Shown here one piece after another: positions 1 to 7,569 of a stretch of DNA of 64,000 bases (position 1 is the stretch's first letter; every line of letters starts with the position of its first letter). The stretch lies in assembly GCA_963842525.1 (NCBI GenBank), contig CAWJGT010000032.1, positions 64,001-128,000 on the forward strand, in the 5' to 3' direction. A program made the position numbers and the translations under genes. The notes under the pieces are model-generated. The model had not been told where the DNA came from and did no database searches. It saw only the letters and a list, made by a program, of their open reading frames with translations. The DNA is from an uncultured Holophagales bacterium. Lineage in GTDB: Bacteria > Acidobacteriota > Thermoanaerobaculia > Multivoradales > UBA5704.

Positions 1-133
1 CGAGCAGCGCATGCCCGCCTGCGAGCAGGCAGACGAGGAGCTGTTCTTTCACGCTCTCCTGACCCATCACCACGCGGTCCACCCCCTCGCGGAGGCGCCG
101 CCACTGCTCCGTGACATCACTTGCGCTTTGCAT
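1..133 (-). CDS. MoxR family AAA+ ATPase, N-terminal part (runs off window edge)
   Basis: ATG at 133 reads MQSASDVTEQWRRLREGVDRVVMGQESVKEQLLVCLLAGGHALL, the typical MoxR N-terminus before the Walker A; overlaps the stop of the DUF4350-like gene. Confidence 0.85.
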   Translation of the reverse strand, partial: MQSASDVTEQWRRLREGVDRVVMGQESVKEQLLVCLLAGGHALL

Positions 134-1340
134 CCTGGAGTCTCCCGAAAGCCTGATTGAGGGTCGCTAGGACCCGGTCGAAGCGCCCGCGCGAAAGGTC
201 ATTGGCCGCCGGCTCGCTCCCGCCGGCGGCTGCAAGGAGCTGCTGGGCGCGGGCTTCGAGCGCCGGGCCGCGCAGCCCTGTTTCGGCTGCGACAGTCTGG
301 ACGAAGCTCTCGCGGTAGAGGCGGAGGGCGTCCGCCTGGTCGAGGGCACGGTCGTAGAGGTCCGCCAGCGAATCGAGGAGCTCGACCGCCTCCGAGCGGC
401 TTTCTCGATCGTCGCGGTCTGGCGGCCCGATCCGCACTCCCGCGCGCCAGACGGTGGCGGCCGCGCCGAGCATGGCGAGCAGCAGCAGGGGGCCAAATCC
501 CCAGTCCCCGAGGGTCTCCGCGACGCCGGACGCGTCCCCCAGGCCGTGGGCGCGCTCGTCGAAGCGGACGGGACGCCCTGCCGCGACGCCGGCCAGTGCC
601 TCGAGCAGCGCGAGGTGGTGCCCCTTGCCCAGCAGCCCGTTCTGCAGGATCTCCGGGCAGGAGAGGAGGAAGACCTCGCCGGCGCCCAGCGGGATCCGGA
701 CGACGATCGGCGCCTCGCCATCCAGGACCACGGCGTGGGCGCCCGCAAGCGCCGGGCCCCCCAGCACCATCCGTTCGTCCGGTTGAAGGTCGGCGAGGCC
801 AGGCCAGAGCGGGAAGACCTTGCGCACCGCCAGTTTCTTCTTCTTGTCGACCTCTTCCACCCAGAGGGGGCCATAGAAGCGGTCCAACCCGAGCACCAGG
901 CGTCCCCCGGCGCGCACCCAGGCCTCCTCGCCTTCGGTGAGCAGAGGCGTGGCGCGCTTGTCCTGCTCCTTCTTCTCTTTCGCCTTCTCCTCGGCCCCGC
1001 GCTCGTCCTTTTCGTCCTTCCCGTCCGTTTTTTCCTTTTCGTCCTCTTCCCTTTCAGGGAGCAGAAAAGGCACCACGGTCGGCCGGACCCGGAAGAGCAC
1101 CCCGTGCCGTGGGAGCGACTGAGGATCGGCCCGGCGGTGGAGCGTCGCAGCGGCGTCCCGCCCGGCTCCCTTTGCCCGGAGATAGCCATAGGCCAGGGAG
1201 AGCCCCTTGTCGCCGGTGTTGAAGACCGAGCCGGGATCGAACACCTCGCGGATCGACCGGCGGTCGTAGCGCACCCAGACCACCACGCCAAGGAGATAGG
1301 CCGCGACCGCCGCCAGCAGCAGCCAGGTGCCTCGCCTCAT
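117..1340 (-). CDS. DUF4350-like membrane protein of MoxR operon
   Basis: 407 aa; N-terminal TM, 'WVRAGGRLVL', 'LGAGEVFLLSCPEILQN', 'VRFDERAHG', second TM, 'LADLYDRA'; lies between DUF4129-like and MoxR genes. Confidence 0.75.
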   Translation of the reverse strand: MRRGTWLLLAAVAAYLLGVVVWVRYDRRSIREVFDPGSVFNTGDKGLSLAYGYLRAKGAGRDAAATLHRRADPQSLPRHGVLFRVRPTVVPFLLPEREEDEKEKTDGKDEKDERGAEEKAKEKKEQDKRATPLLTEGEEAWVRAGGRLVLGLDRFYGPLWVEEVDKKKKLAVRKVFPLWPGLADLQPDERMVLGGPALAGAHAVVLDGEAPIVVRIPLGAGEVFLLSCPEILQNGLLGKGHHLALLEALAGVAAGRPVRFDERAHGLGDASGVAETLGDWGFGPLLLLAMLGAAATVWRAGVRIGPPDRDDRESRSEAVELLDSLADLYDRALDQADALRLYRESFVQTVAAETGLRGPALEARAQQLLAAAGGSEPAANDLSRGRFDRVLATLNQAFGRLQDAKRK

Positions 1341-2350
1341 GCCGCCTCCCGGACGACGTCGAGGAGGCCGAGCGCCATCTCCTCGGACTCCTCGAGGGCT
1401 TCGGGGCTGCTGCGATCACGGCCATACCACTCGCGCTCGAAGAGGCGGGTCATCTCGATGAAGCGGGCGCGCCAGGTGTGGCCCGGCGCCAGTGCGGAGA
1501 TGTACTCCCAGTTGGTGCGCCCCTTGCGGTAGTGGAGGAGGCCGCGGCGGAAGAGGGCCACCAGCACGGCGTGATACCAGGCGCGGATCGCCTCGCGCTC
1601 CCGTCCGGCCGCGGCCAGCTCGCGGGCATAGCGCTCCCACGCGCCGGTCTCGCGCGACAGCGGGTCCGCGTCCGCGGCCGGGGGCGGCGGCGCGGCCCCG
1701 GATGGCACGGGCTCCTCCTGGCCGCGGCGGCGCCGGCGCAGGGTCCGCCAGGTGAGCCAGGCGGCCGCGACGGCGAGGATCACGACCAGGCCGACGACGA
1801 GCTTGGGCAGGTCGACAAGGTCGAAGAGACCCTTCTTCCTCTCCTTGGGGAGGAGGCCCATCAGCCAATCCTCGAAGCGATCCCAGGCATCGTCAAACCA
1901 GCGGCGGAGCGGCTCGAGAGCCTCCGCGAGGGCGTCTGTCAGTCCAAGGTCCCGCCGGTCGATGCTCCCACCACGAGGGATCTCGGCGAGCTCTTCGTCC
2001 CGTCGCACCCGCTGCAACAGACCGGCGTCGGCCGAGGCCTTCTGGTCTGCGGGGACCTGCGACAAGGCAGCCACCAACTGCGAGAGGCGTGGGGCTGCTG
2101 CACGGGCCGACTCGGCGTTGGGTGCCGTGGCGAGCGGGCGGAGGAGCGACAGGTCCGGCTCGAGCTGCTCACCGCCGAAGGCGATCCGGTCTCCGGAGAG
2201 CTTGCCGGCCTCGGTCCGCGCGGCGATCCAGTCCCCGGAGCGGAGGAGGCCGTCCATCCGGGTGAGCCGCTGGCGATAGGCGTCGACCGAGATCACGTCG
2301 GCCGAGAGGAGGGTGGGGAGGAGGAGGAGAAAGAGGAAAAAAAACCTCAC
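1337..2350 (-). CDS. DUF4129-domain membrane protein
   Basis: C-terminal 'REAIRAWYHAVL...RKGRTNWEY...LFEREWYG' is the DUF4129 pattern; start placed at GTG 2350 with a signal-like VRFFFLFLLLLPTLLSA; the upstream part of the 823-aa ORF overlaps other genes. Confidence 0.75.
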   Translation of the reverse strand: MRFFFLFLLLLPTLLSADVISVDAYRQRLTRMDGLLRSGDWIAARTEAGKLSGDRIAFGGEQLEPDLSLLRPLATAPNAESARAAAPRLSQLVAALSQVPADQKASADAGLLQRVRRDEELAEIPRGGSIDRRDLGLTDALAEALEPLRRWFDDAWDRFEDWLMGLLPKERKKGLFDLVDLPKLVVGLVVILAVAAAWLTWRTLRRRRRGQEEPVPSGAAPPPPAADADPLSRETGAWERYARELAAAGREREAIRAWYHAVLVALFRRGLLHYRKGRTNWEYISALAPGHTWRARFIEMTRLFEREWYGRDRSSPEALEESEEMALGLLDVVREAA

Positions 2351-2514
2351 CCCCTGTCCCCCTCTCCCATCACCCTCCCCCCGACCGGGAGAGGGGGGAC
2401 GTCGTTGGAGCCGTGGTGCAAGGTAGCGTGCTAGACCCACAAGGACATGAGCTGCGTCCCCCCTCTCCCGGGGCCGGGAGGGTGGGAGATGGGAGAGGGG
2501 GACAGGGGGTGAGG
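2345..2514. repeat. GC-rich palindromic (REP-like) element
   Basis: Perfect 27-bp terminal inverted repeat CCTCACCCCCTGTCCCCCTCTCCCATC (2345-2371 / 2488-2514) with internal hairpins; related copies elsewhere in the window. Confidence 0.85.
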
Positions 2515-3333
2515 TCACGCCGCCTCCTCGTCCCCGGCGCGGACGGCCGCGAACCAGGCGCGGAGATCCTCTCCGCTCTGCTGTGCCCGGGCGCGCCACA
2601 CGGTCGCCACCAACGCGGCGAGCCAGAAGGGCTCGACGAGGCTCACCGCGCCGGCCAAGGCCAGGAGCGTGAACTGCTGATTGTTCCAGCTCAACGCGAC
2701 CTGCCACCAGGAGAGATCGAGCCCGGCCGCCCCTTCCGCCAGCCAGAGCAGGAACCAGAAGAGCACCGAGAGGTTCAGGAAGGCGAGGGGCAGCGCGACC
2801 AGGAACACCGTGCTCAGGCCCCACAAGGTGACGAGGGGGCGGAAATGCCGCAAGACCACCAGCAGCGGGGCGAGCGGCCCCGGCCGGTCCTGCAGGGTCG
2901 ACGTGGCCGCGGCGAGGCCGGTCAGCAGGGCGAGGACGGGGAGGGCCAGGAAGGTCCAGCCCACCGCGAAGAAGAGCGCCTCGGCCACCAGGGCGACCCA
3001 GACATAGGAGAGGAAGCTGGCGGGGCTCAGCCGCAGGACCTGGCGCACCGGGATCCGTCCCAGCCCCGGAGCGCCTCCCGACAGGGCGAGGGCACAGGCG
3101 CGTGCGAACACCGCCCGTCCCCAGAGCGCCGGCAGCAGGGCGAGGGTGACGATCCAGGAGACCGCTGTCAGGTGATTCAGATAGCCCGGCGCCTCGTCGC
3201 CGAGCTGCGCGAGCCGGTTGACGAAATGGGCTTCGGCGAAGCGCAGGGGGAATGAAGTGAGGGCCAGCAGGCCGGCCCAGCCGGGCAGCGCCCGCACGAG
3301 GCCGGCCGCCTCGTCCAGCACCGCGGAGACCGG
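2515..3333 (-). CDS. Multi-pass membrane protein (MoxR cluster)
   Basis: About six hydrophobic segments; start approximate (near 'VPVSAVLDEAAG', just downstream of the B-box gene). Confidence 0.65.
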   Translation of the reverse strand, partial: PVSAVLDEAAGLVRALPGWAGLLALTSFPLRFAEAHFVNRLAQLGDEAPGYLNHLTAVSWIVTLALLPALWGRAVFARACALALSGGAPGLGRIPVRQVLRLSPASFLSYVWVALVAEALFFAVGWTFLALPVLALLTGLAAATSTLQDRPGPLAPLLVVLRHFRPLVTLWGLSTVFLVALPLAFLNLSVLFWFLLWLAEGAAGLDLSWWQVALSWNNQQFTLLALAGAVSLVEPFWLAALVATVWRARAQQSGEDLRAWFAAVRAGDEEAA

Positions 3334-3347
3334 GACGCCGCCGCGGC

Positions 3348-3641
3348 TCAGAAGGCCCCCGCCAGGACGGAGCCGATCCAGGCACGCAGGACCGTGATCC
3401 CGAAGAGCAGGCCGACCGAGGCCGCCGCCAGGAGGATCGGCCGCAGGGCCTGTCCGCGTTCGCCCACCGTCGAACGCCGTTTGGCCAGGCACTCGACGCA
3501 CAGGTGGAGCCCTTCCCACAGTGTCGAGCACGACTGGCAGATCGGCTTGCGGCAGTCGACGCAGATCGCCAGCGCCGGACGGTCCGGATGGTAGAAGCAG
3601 CGGGTGGGGGCGGCGAGGTTCGGCAAGCGGTTCCTTCCCAT
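3348..3641 (-). CDS. B-box-type zinc-finger membrane protein
   Basis: C-x2-H-x7-C-x2-C-x4-C-x2-C...C-x2-C followed by a C-terminal TM helix. Confidence 0.75.
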   Translation of the reverse strand: MGRNRLPNLAAPTRCFYHPDRPALAICVDCRKPICQSCSTLWEGLHLCVECLAKRRSTVGERGQALRPILLAAASVGLLFGITVLRAWIGSVLAGAF

Positions 3642-3716
3642 TCTATAGGAGCTGGTAGAATCGGTGCGTCAAACGACAACCCAGGCGGAGTCCCGCCGCC
3701 TCGACGCGAGGAGCCG

Positions 3717-4331
3717 ATGCCCTGCAAGAACCACCCCTTTGTCGAAGAACAGTTGACCCGCTGCTCCCGCTGCGGTGAGAGCTTCTGTCCCGACTGCGTG
3801 GTCGCCATCGGCGGCTATCCCTATTGCGCGGCCTGCAAGGTCGAGTCGCTGCGCGATCTGCGCTCGGGAGTCCCCACCCATCAGCTCGAGTTGGCGTCCA
3901 TCGGCAAGAGGTTCTTGGCGCTCATCATCGACAACCTTCTCCTGAGCATCCCGATTGTCATCCTGTTCATCGCGGCCGCCATCCCTCTCGGCCTGTTCTC
4001 GTCGGAATCGGCTCCCGAGGCGGCCGCGGGCGCCATGCTCCTCCTCCAGGGGGTCTTCACCCTCCTGATCCTCGGGGGCGGCATCTGCTATGAGGGCTTC
4101 ATGCTTGCCAACGGCGGGCAGACGGTCGGGAAGAAGGTGCTCAAGATCAAGGTCGTCACCCCCGAAGGCAACGACATCTCGCGAGGCCAGGCCTGGGGGC
4201 GGGCGGCGATGCGCCAAGTCATTTCGGTGTTCTGTTGCGCCTTCCTCGACTACCTCTTCGCCTTCGGAGAGGAGAAGGCCTGCATCCACGACCATGTGGC
4301 GAAGACCCGCGTGGTGGACTGGAATGCCTGA
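3717..4331 (+). CDS. RDD family protein with N-terminal B-box zinc finger
   Basis: MPCKNH...CSRCGESFCPDC...CAAC, then RDD signatures 'ASIGKRFLALIIDNL', 'GQTVGKKVLKIKVV', 'IHDHVAKTRVV'; AGGAG RBS. Confidence 0.85.
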   Translation: MPCKNHPFVEEQLTRCSRCGESFCPDCVVAIGGYPYCAACKVESLRDLRSGVPTHQLELASIGKRFLALIIDNLLLSIPIVILFIAAAIPLGLFSSESAPEAAAGAMLLLQGVFTLLILGGGICYEGFMLANGGQTVGKKVLKIKVVTPEGNDISRGQAWGRAAMRQVISVFCCAFLDYLFAFGEEKACIHDHVAKTRVVDWNA

Positions 4332-4920
4332 TCGGACCGTCCGCAGACCGTACGAAGGCCCGGCGTGCCCCTGGTGCGGCAGCGGGCTCGAGCTCCCCCG
4401 GCTGATCGCGGGGGGACAGGTCTGCCCGCGCTGCGTCCGGCCGTTCCTCGCTACGCCGTTCTTCCCGCCGGAGCCCCGGGTGCAGGTCGAGGCGCTCGCC
4501 GCCGCCGGCCCCGAGGGGGCCGTGCCGTGCGCCCGGCATGCCGGCAACGCCGCGGTGGCGAACTGCACGCGGTGCGGCGTCTTCATGTGCTCGCTCTGCC
4601 GGATCGAGATCGACGGCCAGGAGCTGTGCCCGTCCTGCTTCGAGCGCCTGTCCAGCGAAGGGGTCCTCTCCACGGCCCAGAACCGCTACCGCGACTTCCG
4701 CGGCCTGTCGCTGTCCGTGGGGGTCCTCGGCTGCCTGGTCTATTTCCTCGGGCTCCTCACGGGGCCGGTCACGATCTACCTGGCCTATCTGGGATACCGG
4801 CAGAGGAAGCAGATGAACGAGAGCGGTGGGATCGTCTCCCTGGTGGCCGCCGTTCTCCTGGGGCTGTCCCAGATCGGCCTGGGCCTCTTCCTGATCTATG
4901 CCGTGGTGGCCGCACAATGA
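4324..4920 (+). CDS. Zinc-ribbon plus B-box membrane protein (DUF4190-like C-terminal TMs)
   Basis: CPWC..CPRC, CARH..CTRC..CSLC..CPSC, two TM segments; overlaps the RDD stop. Confidence 0.7.
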   Translation: MPDRTVRRPYEGPACPWCGSGLELPRLIAGGQVCPRCVRPFLATPFFPPEPRVQVEALAAAGPEGAVPCARHAGNAAVANCTRCGVFMCSLCRIEIDGQELCPSCFERLSSEGVLSTAQNRYRDFRGLSLSVGVLGCLVYFLGLLTGPVTIYLAYLGYRQRKQMNESGGIVSLVAAVLLGLSQIGLGLFLIYAVVAAQ

Positions 4921-5456
4921 GCGAACGGCCTCCCCGGGTCTACATCGGATCGATCCGTTCCTGGGGCGACCGGTCGCGCATCTACCGGACCCCGGAAGCC
5001 CTGGAGATCGACCTCCTCGACCATTACGAGGTCCGGCGGCGGAGGGTGTTTTTCGACGAGGTGCAGCTCGTGACGCTGCACGAGACCCGGGCCGCCGGAC
5101 CATACCCATGGATCCTGGGTTTCCTGGCCCTGTTCTCGTTGCTCTTCGCCGCTCTGCCCCTGCCGCCCTTTGCCCGCACTTTTCTCTTTGTCGTGGCAGG
5201 AGTCTGTGTTCTGGGGGCGATCGTGATGATCGCCTCGCCGGTCTGGATCGTCACCACTTTCGGCAAGCGCTCCCGGGCGCAGATCCGGTTCCGGTTCGTC
5301 GAAGGAAAGGCCCGCTCCATCTACGCCGACATCTGCCGCGCGGCCAGCGAAGCGCAACGCGAGCTGGCCCGCCGGATGGAGCCCGCCGTCCTGGAGGAGC
5401 CCCCGCCGCCGCCCGAGCCCGAGCTGCCGCTCTCGGCGTCGGACGGGCTGGCCTGA
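4917..5456 (+). CDS. Hypothetical two-TM membrane protein
   Basis: ATGA overlap with the previous gene; two hydrophobic helices; 179 aa. Confidence 0.65.
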   Translation: MSERPPRVYIGSIRSWGDRSRIYRTPEALEIDLLDHYEVRRRRVFFDEVQLVTLHETRAAGPYPWILGFLALFSLLFAALPLPPFARTFLFVVAGVCVLGAIVMIASPVWIVTTFGKRSRAQIRFRFVEGKARSIYADICRAASEAQRELARRMEPAVLEEPPPPPEPELPLSASDGLA

Positions 5457-5491
5457 CGATCTTGGCATCCGGTTTGCGATAGAAAAACGGT

Positions 5492-6415
5492 GTGGATGTT
5501 CTTACGCACCCCCACGTGACCCATCCGGGTCTGCTGATCGCCATCGGCGGCGCTGAGGACAAGACCCGCGAACGGGTCATCCTGCGCTATTTCCTGGAGG
5601 CTGCGGGCGGATCTGATGCCAGCATCGTGATTCTGGCCACCGCGTCCGACTTCCCTGAGCTCACCGGCGAGCGCTACGCCGACCTCCTCTACCGGATGCA
5701 CGCAGACTCGGTCGAGGTCCTGCGGGTCGACTCCCGCCACGGCGCCCTGGAGACGGGGGGAGAGGCCCTCGACCTGCTGGAGTACGCCACCGGCCTCTTC
5801 CTGACCGGCGGCAGCCAGCTCAAGTTCTCGTCCATCCTCGGCGGCACTCCCATCGCCGAGGCCATCCGGCGCCGCCACCGGGCCGGCATGGTCGTGGCGG
5901 GCACGAGCGCGGGGGCCGCCGTCCTCTCCGAGCACATGATCGCCCTCGGCGACAGCGGCAGCACGCCCCGCCGCCGGCTCGTCCACATGGCCAAGGGTCT
6001 CGGGCTCGCTCAGAACCTGGTCATCGACCAGCACTTCCGCCGCCGCGACCGGCTGGGCCGGCTGCTGACGGCGCTTTCCTACAACCCCGGCCTGCTCGGG
6101 ATGGGTATCGACGAGGACACCGCCGCCATCATCGAAGCCGGCGGCACGCTGTCCGTCCTCGGCGCCGGCGCCGTGACCGTGGTCGACGGCAGGGGGCTCA
6201 GCTTCACCGACAGCCACGCCGTCCACCGCGGCCAGCCCATCGCCATGATGGGGCTCCGGGTCGACGTCCTCACCACCGGCTGCCGCTACGACCTCGAAAA
6301 GCGGATGGGGTTCCCCCCGGAGGAGACCGTGCGGATCGATCCCCTCACGGAGGAGGAGCTCGCCGAAGAGGAGCTGGACGAGGTCCCGGTCGGCCTGGAC
6401 GACGGCGGCGAATGA
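5492..6415 (+). CDS. cphB: Cyanophycinase (peptidase S51)
   Basis: 'IAIGGAEDK', 'FLTGGSQ', nucleophile motif 'GTSAGA', 'IDQHFRRRDRLGRL', 'GIDEDTA'. Confidence 0.93.
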   Translation: MDVLTHPHVTHPGLLIAIGGAEDKTRERVILRYFLEAAGGSDASIVILATASDFPELTGERYADLLYRMHADSVEVLRVDSRHGALETGGEALDLLEYATGLFLTGGSQLKFSSILGGTPIAEAIRRRHRAGMVVAGTSAGAAVLSEHMIALGDSGSTPRRRLVHMAKGLGLAQNLVIDQHFRRRDRLGRLLTALSYNPGLLGMGIDEDTAAIIEAGGTLSVLGAGAVTVVDGRGLSFTDSHAVHRGQPIAMMGLRVDVLTTGCRYDLEKRMGFPPEETVRIDPLTEEELAEEELDEVPVGLDDGGE

Positions 6416-6426
6416 CCCGACAAGAG

Positions 6427-7326
6427 TTATCCGAGCCCGATCTCCTTGAGTGACCGGGCTTTCAACACCCGTCCTGCCAAGTCGGCCAGGCTGTCCAGGG
6501 ACTCGATCTCTTCAATCTGCCGGCGCACCCGGTCGGACACGGTACCGAAACGCTCGCCGAGCAGGTGGAGAACGATCTTCCGCGCCCCCTGTTCCCTGCC
6601 TTCCTCGCGCCCTTGTGCGACCATCCGCTCCGCCCAGGTCATCGACATGGTATGGACCTCCCGGTTGTCTTCGAGGTGGCCCAGGGCTTCGAGCTCCGCG
6701 GCCTCCTCAGGGTTCAATTCTAGATACGATTCGACGCAGTTGACCAGCAGAAGCCGCTGGACGTCGTTCAGCTTCGCGGAGGCGATCCTCCGCAGACAGG
6801 CAAGCTTGTGCTCAGCGCGACGGAGGATGCCGGGGTCCATCAGAGCGGCCAGGGCCCAGGCTAGGGGTTCCGGCCTGGCCAGGAACTCCGCGGCGCTGCA
6901 GCCGGCGAGGCTGAAGCTGAAATAGCGGAATGCTTCGACCTCAGCTCCGAGGATGTCGGCTTCCAGAGTCTCCCGATGGATGCCGGGCTTCCCGCGCCGT
7001 ACGTAGACCACGATGGACAGGACCCAGCAGTTGTGTCGAGCCTGGATCTGGCTGCGGTAGCCCCAGAGCCGCCTTGCCATTCCATCGGTCGCGCGGGCCT
7101 CGATTTCCACGTGCACGAGCAGGTGCTCGCGCCGTTTCTGCCGCAGCGGCACCTTCGCCAGGAGGTCGAGCTCACGGCGGGTCCCTTTCAGCGAGTCCGT
7201 GAAGAACTCCTTGTCCAGGAAGATGGGAGAGGAGAGGTCCAGCTTCGCTGCGATCTGAGGAGCCACCAGACGCAGGAGGTCGGGTAGGAAGGCCCTGAAC
7301 AGGCCTTTGAAGATCCGGTCGTGCAT
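6427..7326 (-). CDS. Rpn-family PD-(D/E)xK nuclease / putative transposase with DUF4351-like C-terminus
   Basis: 'HDRIFKGLF', 'RELDLL', 'LVHVEIE', C-terminal 'GREEGREQG...LGERFG' repeats. Confidence 0.85.
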   Translation of the reverse strand: MHDRIFKGLFRAFLPDLLRLVAPQIAAKLDLSSPIFLDKEFFTDSLKGTRRELDLLAKVPLRQKRREHLLVHVEIEARATDGMARRLWGYRSQIQARHNCWVLSIVVYVRRGKPGIHRETLEADILGAEVEAFRYFSFSLAGCSAAEFLARPEPLAWALAALMDPGILRRAEHKLACLRRIASAKLNDVQRLLLVNCVESYLELNPEEAAELEALGHLEDNREVHTMSMTWAERMVAQGREEGREQGARKIVLHLLGERFGTVSDRVRRQIEEIESLDSLADLAGRVLKARSLKEIGLG

Positions 7327-7569
7327 GACGCGGCTTCTCCCGGAGGACGGGCTGCCGTCCCTCGGCGCGCACGCCTCCGTGTCTACCCCTTAAAAAGACG
7401 AAAAATCGCACCCGAATCTTGCATAACTCGCCAAAGTCGCCGGATTTTTCTGGCGCACGGGGGGGACGGCCCTCGTAGGAAGGAATGGCATGAGCCTTGC
7501 TCGATAAGCCTTCGTGCATCAGGGCTGAGAACACCCGGCTGACACGACGCGACCGCAGGAGCCCCCGCT

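Noticed and set aside
1337-3808. 823-aa DUF4129 protein
   Set aside because: The upstream part overlaps two better genes in other frames and reads through a palindromic repeat
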